A stretch of 64,000 nt of DNA from an uncultured delta proteobacterium (GCA_963743305.1 CAVUPH010000020.1:96001-160000), one strand, 5' to 3'. Positions 43,354-53,824 are shown, counted from the first letter of the stretch. The notes: a model not told the origin generated them from the sequence alone. Translations and numbers: made by a program.

Positions 43354-45000
43354 ATGATCACATCCATGAACATCGCCTGGTGGGTGCAGCGCTGGGGTGA
43401 ACTCCATCCCCAGAAGTGCGCCATTATCTATGAGGAAGAGCGGATCACCTATCTGGAGCTTGACCGGAGGGCCAACCGGACCGGTTGTTGGCTGCAGTCC
43501 CTGGGCCTCGAGAAGGGGGACCGGGTGGCCGTCCTGCTGCCCAATGGCCCGGCCTTCATCGAACTCTATCTGGCCTGCGCCCGGCTGGGAGCCATCTTTG
43601 TGCCGCTCAATTTTCGGCTAGCCCCGCCGGAACTGGACTACACCCTCAAGAACGCGCGGCCGCGGCTGCTGGTGTTCGGCCGGGAGTTTGCCGACGCCGT
43701 GGCGGAACTCCGTCTCAGCCGCCAAAGGCCAGAGATGCTATTGGCCGGCGTCGGACGCGGTTATCGGTCGGACGAGATCCGGGATTATGAGGCCGAGACC
43801 CAAGTCTTTGGTGAAGAAAAACCCTTTCAGGCCAAATCCCCGGGCCCGGCCAGCGAGGAGGAGCCCCAGGTGATCATGTACACCTCGGGCACCACCGGCC
43901 TGCCCAAGGGGGCGGTTCTCTCCCACCGGAAGACCTTTTTCAACTGTCTAAATGCCGAGATTTTTTTTAAGTCCCATTTTGATGATATCATGCTCATCGT
44001 CCTTCCTCTGTTTCACTCCGGCGGTCTGTTCATTCAAGCCTCCCCCACCCTGTACAAAGGGGCCACCATGATCATTCATCCGAAATTCGATCCCCAACAG
44101 ACCTTCGAGGACATTCAACGCTACCGGGTCACGAAGTTCCTCGGGGTCCCGACGATATACAAATCGCTGGCCCGGGCAGGAGAGGGAAAAATGCCGGACC
44201 TTTCTTCCCTGCAGGTCTGCGCCATCGGCGGAGAAAAGGCGGCTCCCGAAATGATGGCCCGTTTCCGGGAGGCGGGCTTTCCGCTCCGCCAAATCATGGG
44301 GCAAACCGAAACCTCCATCCTGTTGTGGGCCTCGGAGGAGGATGTGATCCGTAAACCCGGTTCGGTGGGGCGGCCTGTCTTCCATGCCGAGGTTGAACTT
44401 GTTGATCGAGACTGCCGGACAGTGAAGCCGGGGGAGGTGGGGGAGATCGTCGTCCGGGGATCAATCATGATGAACGAGTACTGGCAGGATCCGGTAAAAA
44501 CCGCGGAGACCATCCGGAATGGATGGCTCCATACCGGTGACCTGGCCCGCCGGGATGAGGAGGGGTATTATTATCTAGTAGACCGGGCCAAGGACCTCTA
44601 TATCTCCGGCGGGGAAAATGTCTATCCGGCCGAGGTGGAACGGGTGCTGCGTCAGCATCCGGAGGTAGAAGACGCGGCCGTGATCGGGATCGCGGATGAG
44701 GTTTGGGGTGAAACGGGCCACGCCTTTGTCATCCCAAAGGCCGAAGGCCGTCTCTCGTCCGAAGCGCTGATCGCCTTCTGCGAGGGGAAGCTGGCCCGCT
44801 TCAAATGGCCTAAAGAAGTAACCTTTTGCCGCGAATTTCCCCAGACCTCCTTGGGAAAGGTTCGAAAATCTGCTCTCCTCATAAACCCAGCGGATGACCC
44901 GATCCTGAGCACTATCGGTCCGGGCTCCGGCGACCGGAAAGCGGTTGCCAGAAAGCAGGACACCCTCCTTTATGATGTTAAGCAGCAAGATCCCAAATGA
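43354..45000 (+). CDS. Acyl-CoA synthetase (AMP-forming)
   Basis: YTSGTTGLPKG, GQTE, TGD, ISGGENVYP, GKV. Confidence 0.94.
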   Translation: MITSMNIAWWVQRWGELHPQKCAIIYEEERITYLELDRRANRTGCWLQSLGLEKGDRVAVLLPNGPAFIELYLACARLGAIFVPLNFRLAPPELDYTLKNARPRLLVFGREFADAVAELRLSRQRPEMLLAGVGRGYRSDEIRDYEAETQVFGEEKPFQAKSPGPASEEEPQVIMYTSGTTGLPKGAVLSHRKTFFNCLNAEIFFKSHFDDIMLIVLPLFHSGGLFIQASPTLYKGATMIIHPKFDPQQTFEDIQRYRVTKFLGVPTIYKSLARAGEGKMPDLSSLQVCAIGGEKAAPEMMARFREAGFPLRQIMGQTETSILLWASEEDVIRKPGSVGRPVFHAEVELVDRDCRTVKPGEVGEIVVRGSIMMNEYWQDPVKTAETIRNGWLHTGDLARRDEEGYYYLVDRAKDLYISGGENVYPAEVERVLRQHPEVEDAAVIGIADEVWGETGHAFVIPKAEGRLSSEALIAFCEGKLARFKWPKEVTFCREFPQTSLGKVRKSALLINPADDPILSTIGPGSGDRKAVARKQDTLLYDVKQQDPK

Positions 45001-45223
45001 AGCGCATTTTCTTTAATTTCGCTTTCTCTGGTGATCGACATTTCCTGACGATGCACTTTCAGGTCTTTTCGGGCATCTAGTGAAATCCGTTTCGGGGAAG
45101 ACCTTTGGCCCTCTATTGCTTTAATACCCCTACCTCACCTGGAACTATCCCTTTGATAAGTTGAACGGACCGGCTCCCGACTATTTTTTACCAAGTCGTC
45201 TGCCGGAGAGGTGTATTTTTGTC

Positions 45224-45266
45224 TTGACATTAATATATCGAAACGATATGTATCGTCATAACATAT
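45224..45266 (+). promoter_or_regulatory. padR promoter with tandem operator-like palindromes
   Basis: TTGACA at 45224; ATATCG-AAA-CGATAT and TATGT-N9-ACATA. Confidence 0.6.
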
Positions 45267-45283
45267 TACCGTAGAAAGGCACC

Positions 45284-45817
45284 ATGGACATCAAATCAAT
45301 TCTTCTGGGATTTCTCAACCGTCAGCCTTTGACCGGCTATGATTTGAAGAAACGTTTTTCCATCTCCTTCTCTTTTTTTTCCGGTGCGAGCTATGGGTCC
45401 ATCTATCCGGCCTTGAAGAAAATGGAAAGGGAGGGACTGGTAACACCACAGGTGGAAATTCAGGATGGGGCACCCAACCGCAAGGTCTATTCCATCACCG
45501 CTGCCGGACGTAAGGCATTTATTGAGGCGTTAACGGCCCCCTATCATTGGGAGATGCCGAAGAATACGTTTTTGATGCGCCTTTTTTTCTTCGCCCACCT
45601 CTCCCCGGAAGAACGGAAAACGGCGGTTCGCAGTCACTTGGAATCCCTGAAAGAAACGCAACGACAGCTCAAATCGACCCGATCGGAGATCGAAGGCCGG
45701 GCCGACTTTTACCAACTTCAATGCTACAACTTCGGACTACGGTTCTACCGGGACATCATCCGCAATGTATCCCAAGTGCTTCAGGTTCTGGAAAAGACAC
45801 CGGAGAAGGAGCCATAA
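45284..45817 (+). CDS. PadR-family transcriptional regulator
   Basis: TGYDLKK, SYGSIYPALKK, RKVYSIT. Confidence 0.93.
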   Translation: MDIKSILLGFLNRQPLTGYDLKKRFSISFSFFSGASYGSIYPALKKMEREGLVTPQVEIQDGAPNRKVYSITAAGRKAFIEALTAPYHWEMPKNTFLMRLFFFAHLSPEERKTAVRSHLESLKETQRQLKSTRSEIEGRADFYQLQCYNFGLRFYRDIIRNVSQVLQVLEKTPEKEP

Positions 45818-45820
45818 TCC

Positions 45821-46860
45821 ATGGAATGCATTAAGCCGGCCCAAACAGCTTTTTTTATATATCGCCCCGTTTCCGGCCCTGGCCTTTTTCAAAATTTGGG
45901 CCTCCTTTGAACCCTCAGCCAGCAAGCCTGACCTGGATCAGCCTGCTTCTTTTAGCCTACTGTCTGGCCGTACTGGTCATCGCCCGGCGGTGGGACAAAC
46001 CAACCTATTTCGACTGGACCATCGCCGTTTATTTTGCGGTTATTTTTTTGTTTTTATTGATCGGACCGAATACCGCCGGACTTTTCCTTTCCCGTTATGC
46101 CGTCACCGGCATCTATGCCTGTCTTTTCACGGCGGCCTTTTTCCCTCCCCTCTTGGGCCTGCCCCCCTTTACCTATCACTATGCCAAGAAATCCACCCCC
46201 CGGGATCTTTGGGAAAATCCGATTTTTATCCGAATCAACCGGATTATGACCTTTGTCTGGTCCGGGATATTCACGGTCCTGTCTGCTCTTAAGCCTCTAT
46301 CCTTCTGTTTTCACCAGGGCTTTGATACCGTTAACCTTGATCCTGGGATTGGGGATGCCCTTTAATTTTCGATTTCCTGACTATTATCTAAAAAAGATGG
46401 GCCTGCCCTCCCTGGCCGAGCAGAAGCGACTGGCGGCAGAGGCGTCGACCATCGTCCAGCAGGATCCTTCATCGGTCCTTCTACCGGAAAGCGCCTGGGA
46501 GAGCCGTTTCCCGGATGCCGGATTTATTCAACCCGGAGGCGGCGGGGCACCTGAATGCGGTTATCGGTTTCCTGGTGTCCGGCGCCGAGCACTTCGACGC
46601 CTACCTCGATTATTCAGGCGGGCACCTGCCGTCTGGAAAATAGCCTTCCCGTCAACCCGATCTGCTCATCCGTACCCCGGCCGAAGTCTGGCTGGGTCGT
46701 CACCCGGGGGGAATTGGACGGCCAGCAGGCTTTTTTTCAAAAGGCCTATCAGGCGGAGGGGGACCTGGGGCTACTGATCCGGATGAAAATCTTGTTCAGC
46801 GGCGGGGTCGCTGTGTCCGGCGGGAAAATACAAAGCGCAAAAACCGGATTTCCCGAATAG
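45821..46860 (+). CDS. Membrane protein with C-terminal SCP2 domain (several apparent frameshifts)
   Basis: TM segments with PFTYHYAK...FIRIN; GELDGQQAFF...EGDL; spread over ORFs 45765/45907/46253/46555. Confidence 0.65.
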
Positions 46861-46914
46861 GCATCTCAACAGTTGACTTATGGACGATCACTTTATTGTG
46901 TTGACCGGCAACCT

Positions 46915-47001
46915 TCGTCATCCCCGAATGTTTTCGTCGGGGATCCAGTTTTTCCTGAGAAAAGCCTGGATTCCCGCTCAGAAGGGCTGCGGGAATGACG
47001 A
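46915..47001. repeat. GTCATCCCCG...CGGGAATGAC palindromic element
   Basis: TCGTCAT/ATGACGA ends; GGATCCAG/CTGGATTC inner stem. Confidence 0.75.
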
Positions 47002-47075
47002 TCTAGCGAGTTTTGTCTATTGAGACAATTTGTAAGCAATCAACCAACAAGCAAATCACCAGAAAGGAGCAGGCA

Positions 47076-48153
47076 ATGAAAGTATTGGCTTTGAACGCCA
47101 GTCCTCGAGGCGAAGGACAAAGCAAGACGGAATTTCTGTTAACTCTTCTAGTCCAAGGTATGCAGGAGGCCGGCGCTGAGGTAGAGGTCGTCGCGCTTCG
47201 CAAGAAAAAAATCAAGTACTGCGTCGGCTGCTTCACCTGCTGGACCAAGACCCCGGGGGTCTGCATCCACCAGGACGACATGACCAACGAGTTGTTCCCC
47301 AAGTGGCTGGCGGCCGACCTGGTGGTCTATGCCTTCCCCCTGTACCATTACACCGTCAGCGCCGCCATGAAAACCTTTATCGAGCGCACCCTGCCGGTGG
47401 CCCTCCCGTTTTTTGAGCAGGGAGAGGCTGAGACCTATCACCCGCTGCGCCATGATTTTCCCAAGGCAGTGGTCTTGTCGGTGGCCGGTTTGCCGGAAAT
47501 GTCCGTTTTTGATCAGTTGTCCGCCTATATCCGTTTTCTCTTCGGATATCGAGCAAAAACATTGGTGGCGGAATTGTATCGGCCGGCGGCCGAAAGCCTG
47601 GCCACCCCGTTTTCCGGGAAAAGGCCCGGGAAATCCGGGAGGCCTTTGTGCAGGCCGGCCGGGAGATCGTCCAACAGGGTCATGGTCGCCCCGGAAACCA
47701 TGGCCCTTCTGACCCGGGACTTTATCGAAAACAAGGAAATGTTCACCCGAATGGGAAACGCTTTTTGGAAAACTTGCATTAGCGGAAGGGGTAACTCCCA
47801 GGGAATTTGAGGAAAGAGGTCTTGTCCCCCGGGCGGATTCCATTGAAACCTTTATGATGCTTTTGTCGATGGGCTTCAACCCCGAAGGAGCCGGGGACAC
47901 CAAGGCCGTTATTCAATTCAACTTTTCGGGGAAGTGGAAGGGCCCTGCTATTTCCGGATTGAAAACGGCCGGATTGAACCGCAAGTCGGGAAAGGCCGAG
48001 AAACCGGACCTGACTATCGAAGCTCCTTTTGAGGTCTGGATGGACATCATGACCGGCAAGGCCGACGGCCAGCAGATGTTCATGGAACAGAAATACCGGG
48101 TGAACGGCGATCTGTCCTTGCTGATGCGGATGAACCAGTTTTTTGGGAAATAA
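47076..48153 (+). CDS. Iron-sulfur flavoprotein/FMN-reductase domain fused to SCP2 (apparent frameshifts)
   Basis: NASPR, CVGCFTCW...C, KTFIER; C-terminal GKADGQQMFM...VNGDL. Confidence 0.8.
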
Positions 48154-48174
48154 ACCAAGCAAGTCAGGATCCTT

Positions 48175-48342
48175 AAATCCGAAATCCGAAGCACGAAATT
48201 CGAAACGAATTCGAATGATCAAAATCCAAATGAACGAAACATCTCCCCCCCCCTCCCTCGATGGGAGGGGGGCTTCGACATGAGCCCTTCGGCAGTGAGC
48301 TCAGGGCCGAACTGCTCAGCCGAACGTCGGGGGGTGGGTGAA
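48175..48342. repeat. Heptamer tract (AAATCCG/AAATTCG) plus CCCCTCCC..GGGAGGGG palindromic element
   Basis: Seen directly. Confidence 0.6.
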
Positions 48343-48397
48343 TCCCGAATCTGAGCTAAAAAATTAAATGCTATTGGTTAAAAATTGGGCTGATTTT

Positions 48398-48552
48398 TCA
48401 CCGGGGTCTTCTTTTCCGCGCCTCCTCCTCCCGAATAAACCCGATGACCTGCTCCGCTGTATATCCCCTCCGGGCCATACCTCCCATCCTTCCCGGCTCC
48501 TGAAAACTCTATCTTAATTTCATTTCAGGAGCCGTTTAAAGGGGGCAGGTCA
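48398..48552 (-). mobile_element. IS3-family left-end remnant
   Basis: IRL TGACCTGCCCCC from 48552, GGGAGG RBS, truncated OrfA MARRGYTAEQVIGFIRE (48478-48398). Confidence 0.75.
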
Positions 48553-48612
48553 AGTTATCGGGATTTGTCTGGCAGACAGCCAATAACGGCCTCTACGGGT
48601 CTGGTAGCTCAT

Positions 48613-49101
48613 TTACGACCCGACAGGCGGTTCGTCCTTCAAAGCATCCGCAAACTTCCGCATGAGTCGCACCAGCTCATCGATGTCGTCTGCGTCCCAC
48701 GTCTGGAAAATGGCGCGGCCAATCCTCTCGCGCGCGGCGTCGATGAGGTTGGTCATTGCCTTGCCTTTCGGGGTGATGTTGGCCTCGCGCACGCGGTGGT
48801 CGGTGGCTCTTCCCCGACGCTCCACCAGACCCAGGCTTTCGAGCTTGGCGACCTGACGGCTGACGGTGGTGTAGTTCCGCCCCGCGCGGTCGGCCAATTC
48901 CACCACGCCGATCGGACCCAAGCGCTCGATGCCGACCAGCAGCGGAAACAGGGCGCGATCGAGCGCTAGGCCGGCTTCCCGAACAAGCCTCTCGTCACCT
49001 TGCGGGCGGTTCATGACGCTGACGATGTCGATCAGCGCCCCGTGCAACGTTCGGATCTGTTCGGAAATATGTGCATAATGCACTTTTTTTCTTGACGGCA
49101 T
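48613..49101 (-). CDS. MarR-family transcriptional regulator
   Basis: ELADRAGRNYTTVSRQVAKLE, DHR...ITPKG; AGGAGG RBS. Confidence 0.9.
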   Translation of the reverse strand: MPSRKKVHYAHISEQIRTLHGALIDIVSVMNRPQGDERLVREAGLALDRALFPLLVGIERLGPIGVVELADRAGRNYTTVSRQVAKLESLGLVERRGRATDHRVREANITPKGKAMTNLIDAARERIGRAIFQTWDADDIDELVRLMRKFADALKDEPPVGS

Positions 49102-49136
49102 CGGGGCCTCCTGGTATATGTGCATTATACACATAT
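49067..49136. promoter_or_regulatory. Two MarR operator-like palindromes
   Basis: ATATGTGCATAATGCAC (49067) and ATATGTGCATTATACACATAT (49116). Confidence 0.7.
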
Positions 49137-49305
49137 AATGGGGAAAGGAAAGGAAAAACGCCATGAACGCCGCAATCGCGCGAGGAACCGGGCCGGCGCC
49201 CGTCCCGGGGGATTTTGCCGGGCCCGGGCCGCACTCCGGCGGGAACCGCCCGCCGGATCGAGGGGAGGGGCCCAAAATCCGGCATCGAAAGGGGGGGCTG
49301 GATTT

Positions 49306-49803
49306 ATGCCTAAGCTGATTCCGTTGCGCAACTGGGCGACACCGATGACCATCGGCGCCTTCTTCCTGATGTCGGCGACCGGCGTTCTGATGTTCTTCGA
49401 ATGGGAACGGGGGCTGACGACCGTGGTGCATCAATGGTTCTCGTGGCTCTTTCTCGCCGGTGCCGGCGGTCACATCGCAGCCAATGTCCGCCCGTTCAAA
49501 AATCATCTCCAATCCCGCTGGGGTAAAGCCAGTGTCGCCGCATTCCTGGTTGTCCTGGTTGCCTCCTTCTTCTCCTGGGGGCTCATAACCGGCCCCCAGT
49601 TGGCGAGACCCATTGAACGAGCCTTGGTCGATGCCCCGCTGTCGGCTCTGGCGGCCGTGACCCGCACCGCGCCGGAGGCCCTAATGCGCAGGCTGAAGGC
49701 GCAGGGGATTGTCGCGACCGGACAGCAATCCATTCGCGACCTCTCCGGCGAGCACGGCCTAAGCGAGGACCGTTTGCTCGCGGTCGTGTTCCTGCCCGAA
49801 TGA
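49306..49803 (+). CDS. DUF4405-like membrane protein
   Basis: WATPMTIGAF, TGVLMFF, two membrane His (VHQW, GHI). Confidence 0.75.
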   Translation: MPKLIPLRNWATPMTIGAFFLMSATGVLMFFEWERGLTTVVHQWFSWLFLAGAGGHIAANVRPFKNHLQSRWGKASVAAFLVVLVASFFSWGLITGPQLARPIERALVDAPLSALAAVTRTAPEALMRRLKAQGIVATGQQSIRDLSGEHGLSEDRLLAVVFLPE

Positions 49804-50086
49804 GGATATCCCGCTCCGCCAGGTCCGCCACCTACGACTGTCATAGGCTCGGTGCTGCCGGACGGTCGATGCGCCTCCGAGTTCAGGCATCAGGTACCGA
49901 GAGGCATTTCTTCAAAAAAAAATCCTCTGGCACTTCTCAGGAGTCTACGCGCGTTAAAAATCAGAAGCAATTGGCGCCAAACCCAATTCATCACGCACTT
50001 TCACGATTGAACGAGCCGGTATCCGGTTGCCGGGAGAGGTGGGTTCAAATCGACCCGGTCTGAGCACTAGCAGGCTCAAAAGTATT

Positions 50087-51637
50087 TTAAAAGCACCCCG
50101 GGGAGTTGGGGGTGTTGAAAGCAGGAAATTCTGAATCGATCGGCTCCTGCCCCTCCCCGGCTTTCAATTCCGTCTTTTCTTCCCTTTCCACCAGGTCCGG
50201 CTTGCGGGCGGCCAGGACCTCGTCCAAGCGTCCTACCGGCGTGGTGTGCGGCGCGGTCCGCAGCGATTCCGGGTCGGTTTCGGCCGTCCGGGCGATGTGC
50301 TCCATCGCTGCGACGAAGGCGTCCAAATTCTCTCGGTTCTCGGTTTCGGTGGGCTCGATCATCAGGGCCTCCTTGACTACCAGCGGGAAATAGATCGTCG
50401 GGGGATGAAAGCCCTCGTCGATCAGGGCCTTGGCAATATCGACCGCCCGAACCCCGTACCGCTCGGCCTTGTCGGCCGCCGAGAAAACCACCTCGTGCAG
50501 GCAGTGCCCTTCCACGGCCGGTTGCCAGTTTTCAGACAGTTTTACCCGCAGGTAGTTGGCCGCCAGGACCGCGTCCTCGGCCACTTTTTTGAGACCCGGC
50601 CCCCCCAGGGCCAAAATATAGGCGTAGGCCTTGAGAATGACGCCGAAGTTGCCGTAGAAGGGCGCGATGTAGCCGATGGATTTCGGACGGTCATAGTCCA
50701 GGAAAAACGTTCCGTCGGCCCGCTGGACCACCCGGGAGACGGGCAGGTATTCGGTCAGCTTTTCCACCACCCCCACCGGGCCGGCCCCGGGACCGCCTCC
50801 CCCGTGGGGGGTCCCGAAGGTCTTGTGCAGATTCAAGTGGACGATATCAAAACCCAGATCCGCGGGTTTGGCCCGGCCCAGAATGGCGTTCAAGTTGGCC
50901 CCGTCGTAGTACATGAGGGCGTCGAACCGGTGGGCCGCGTCCGCTATCCGCTTGATGAAGGGGTTGAAGAGGCCGAGGGTGTTGGGGTTGGTCATCATCA
51001 CCCCGGCGACGCGGTCGTTCAGCCGGTCCTCGAAGGTTTCCGGGGTCATGATTCCCTTGACCGTCGGCACGGGCAGCACCTCATACCCGGCAATGGCCGC
51101 ACTGGCCGGATTGGTGCCGTGCGACTCATCCGGGGCCAGGATAATCGATTTATCGTTTCCCCGGTCCCGATGGTAGGCGGCCATCAACATCAGGCCGGTG
51201 AGTTCCCCGTGGGCTCCGGCCAGTGGCTGCAGGGTAAAGGCGTCCATGCCGGTAATCCGGCTCAGGAGCTGCTCGGTGTCGTAAAGGACCTGCAGCGCCC
51301 CCTGGGCCAGCAGACCGCCTCTTCGCAGTTGGGGCAGCAGGGGGTGGAGCTGGGCAAAGCCGGGAAGCCGGACCATTTCCTCCGTAAATTTCGGGTTGTA
51401 TTTCATGGTGCAGGAACCCAGGGGGTAGGTCCCTACGTCGACCCCGAAATTGAGCCGGGAAAGATTGGTGAAGTGGCGCACCACGTCCACCTCAGCCATT
51501 TCCGGCAGCTCTGCCGGCCTGCTTCGGGAAAGTTCCGCTGGAAGCCGGCTAGCGGTAAAGGCCTCCGCCAGGATCCGCGGCCGGGGAAACATGACGGCCT
51601 GGCGGCCGGGACGGCTTTTCTGGAAAATGGTTTTCAT
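50087..51637 (-). CDS. gcvPB: Glycine dehydrogenase subunit 2
   Basis: PLGSCTMKYNP, HLNLHKTF, PHGGGGPG. Confidence 0.96.
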   Translation of the reverse strand: MKTIFQKSRPGRQAVMFPRPRILAEAFTASRLPAELSRSRPAELPEMAEVDVVRHFTNLSRLNFGVDVGTYPLGSCTMKYNPKFTEEMVRLPGFAQLHPLLPQLRRGGLLAQGALQVLYDTEQLLSRITGMDAFTLQPLAGAHGELTGLMLMAAYHRDRGNDKSIILAPDESHGTNPASAAIAGYEVLPVPTVKGIMTPETFEDRLNDRVAGVMMTNPNTLGLFNPFIKRIADAAHRFDALMYYDGANLNAILGRAKPADLGFDIVHLNLHKTFGTPHGGGGPGAGPVGVVEKLTEYLPVSRVVQRADGTFFLDYDRPKSIGYIAPFYGNFGVILKAYAYILALGGPGLKKVAEDAVLAANYLRVKLSENWQPAVEGHCLHEVVFSAADKAERYGVRAVDIAKALIDEGFHPPTIYFPLVVKEALMIEPTETENRENLDAFVAAMEHIARTAETDPESLRTAPHTTPVGRLDEVLAARKPDLVEREEKTELKAGEGQEPIDSEFPAFNTPNSPGCF

Positions 51638-52953
51638 AGTACCGCCTCCAGGGCTTCGGCGAAACGGCCGATCTCTTCCTTGGTCCGTTTTTCCGTGACG
51701 GTTACCAGTAAATTATCCGCTTGATCCGGATAATAGCGCCCCAGGGGAAAGCCGGCGGCAAACCCCTTATCGATCAACCGGCTGACCGCCAAGCGGGCAT
51801 CCAGGGGAAGCCGGAGGCGAAACTCGTTGAACCAGGGGCCTCGGTCCACCAGCGCCACTCCCGGGATGGCGGTCAAACGGGAACGGGCATAGGCCGCCAG
51901 AGCCAGGTTGAGCCGGGCCAGTTCCACCAGCCCGTTTTTTCCCAACAGACACAAGTGGATCAGAGCGGCCACGGCGCAAAGGGCTTGATTGGTGCAGATG
52001 TTGCTGGTGGCCTTTTCCCGGCGGATGTGCTGTTCCCGGGTTTGGAGGGTCAGGCAATAGCCGGTGCGTCCCTGCCCGTCCTTGGTGCGGCCCACCACCC
52101 GTCCGGGCATGGACCGGATCAATTCCTGGCGGACGGCCATGATTCCCAGGTAAGGCCCGCCGAAAGAAAGGGGCAATCCCAGGGACTGGCCCTCCCCTAC
52201 GGCGATGTCCGCACCCATCTCCGCCGGCGTCTTACAAAGGCCCAGGGCCACCGGATAGCAGTTGAGGATGGCCAGGGCCCCCAGTTCATGGGCCTTGGAA
52301 AAATGAGTGGAAAAATCATGGAGGCGGCCGAAAAAGTCGGGGTTCTGCAGGATAACGGCGGCGGTGGCCTTATTGATAAAAGATTCGAGTGCGGCCGGAT
52401 CTTCGAGGTCTTCTTCCACCAGATCGATCTTCAGGTTGGCGGTATACGATCGGAGCATGACCCGATAGATGGGGTTGACCGAGGTGCAGACCAGCAGTCG
52501 CCGCCGTCCGGTCCGGCGGACGGCGATCATGGCCGCCTCGAACAGGGCTGTCCCCCCGTCATAGAGCGAGGCGTTGGCGGCGTCCAGGCCGGTCAGGCGG
52601 CAGACGGCCGTCTGGTATTCGTAAATCGCCTGCAGGGTCCCCTGGGATATTTCCGCCTGATAGGGGGTATAGACCGTGTAAAATTCGCCGCGGCGGATCA
52701 GGGCATCCACGGCGGCCGGAGTGAAATGGTCGTAAAACCCCGCGCCCAGGAAACCGATCAGGCGATGGGCATTCAGGCCGGCCAGATACCGGAGGTGGTC
52801 CGTGACCTCCAATTCGCTCAGGGGCTCGGGAAGATCCCAGGTTTTCGCTTGCAGTTCCTCGGGGATGACTGCAAAGAGTTCATCCACGGAATCAAGCCCC
52901 AGGACTCCTAGCATCCCGGCCCGATCCCTGTCGGTGTGAGGGGTGAAGTCCAA
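51634..52953 (-). CDS. gcvPA: Glycine dehydrogenase subunit 1
   Basis: YTPYQAEISQG, REQHIRREKATSNICT. Confidence 0.96.
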   Translation of the reverse strand: MDFTPHTDRDRAGMLGVLGLDSVDELFAVIPEELQAKTWDLPEPLSELEVTDHLRYLAGLNAHRLIGFLGAGFYDHFTPAAVDALIRRGEFYTVYTPYQAEISQGTLQAIYEYQTAVCRLTGLDAANASLYDGGTALFEAAMIAVRRTGRRRLLVCTSVNPIYRVMLRSYTANLKIDLVEEDLEDPAALESFINKATAAVILQNPDFFGRLHDFSTHFSKAHELGALAILNCYPVALGLCKTPAEMGADIAVGEGQSLGLPLSFGGPYLGIMAVRQELIRSMPGRVVGRTKDGQGRTGYCLTLQTREQHIRREKATSNICTNQALCAVAALIHLCLLGKNGLVELARLNLALAAYARSRLTAIPGVALVDRGPWFNEFRLRLPLDARLAVSRLIDKGFAAGFPLGRYYPDQADNLLVTVTEKRTKEEIGRFAEALEAVL

Positions 52954-52956
52954 GGG

Positions 52957-53352
52957 TCAGACCCCTTTCTCCAGAAAGTCCCGGTAACCCCGGGCGGACA
53001 TCAGTTCCGCCACCTCTTCCGGATTGAATTCCTTGAGCTTGACCAGCCAGCCGCGGCCGTAACAATCCTGGTTGATCCATTCCGGATGCTCTCCCAGGTC
53101 TGAGTTAACTTCCGCCACTTCACCGGAAAGGGGAGCGTAAAAGTCCGCCGCCGTCTTGACGGATTCGATGGTCCCCAATTCTCCCATTCGGTCGACCCGT
53201 CGGCCGACTTCCGGGAGATCCACATAGGTGATATCACCCAACTGCTGTTGGGCGTGGTCCGTTATCCCCACCCAGGCCAGGGCGCCCTCGATTTTCACCC
53301 ATTCATGCTCGGAGGTGTAGGTCAATTCTTCCGGAATCAAAATTTGCGTCAT
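52957..53352 (-). CDS. gcvH: Glycine cleavage H protein
   Basis: HEW, GITDHAQ, ESVK lipoyl motif. Confidence 0.96.
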   Translation of the reverse strand: MTQILIPEELTYTSEHEWVKIEGALAWVGITDHAQQQLGDITYVDLPEVGRRVDRMGELGTIESVKTAADFYAPLSGEVAEVNSDLGEHPEWINQDCYGRGWLVKLKEFNPEEVAELMSARGYRDFLEKGV

Positions 53353-53380
53353 ATCGCTTCCTCCCTCTTAAATCCGATCT

Positions 53381-53800
53381 ACCATCAGTAATGACAACCT
53401 CGCAAAAAGTCCAAAAATCTGTCATGGCGAGCGAAGGGAAGCAATCCCCACCATAGTAGCTAGCTGATTCTGGGGGGGATTGCTTCGTCGCTTCACTCCT
53501 CGCAATGACAGCGCTGGGGACTTTTTGCGAACATATCAGTTATGGCGACCTCGCAAAAAGTCCAAAAAACGACTTTCTGCTCGGCGGGGGAGGGGAAGCC
53601 CTCCCCCGCCATTTGAAGTGAATTCAAATGGTTCCACCCTCACCCCAGCCCGGCGCTTAATCGCGCTCGGGCTGTTGATGGACTTTTTGCAAGTCCATCA
53701 GATATGGCGACCTCGAAAAAAGCCCGTCAGTCACGGTTTGTCATTCTGAGTCCCGCGACAACGCGGGGCTCAGGATGACGGCAGGCGAAGGGCTCGGGAC
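53381..53800. repeat. Tandem array of three wrapper-A units with different hairpin cargoes
   Basis: ATCAGwwATGrCrACCTCGmAAAAAGyCC at ~53381, ~53532 and ~53694. Confidence 0.85.
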
Positions 53801-53824
53801 GACTGGCGCTGGGCCCAGAATCTT

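Noticed and set aside
49990-50062. Possible IS end closing the MarR cassette
   Set aside because: No match to the IS3 left end and no partner inverted repeat found
53381-53800. CRISPR array
   Set aside because: Spacers are ~120-130 nt and palindromic, repeats are degenerate, and no cas genes are present
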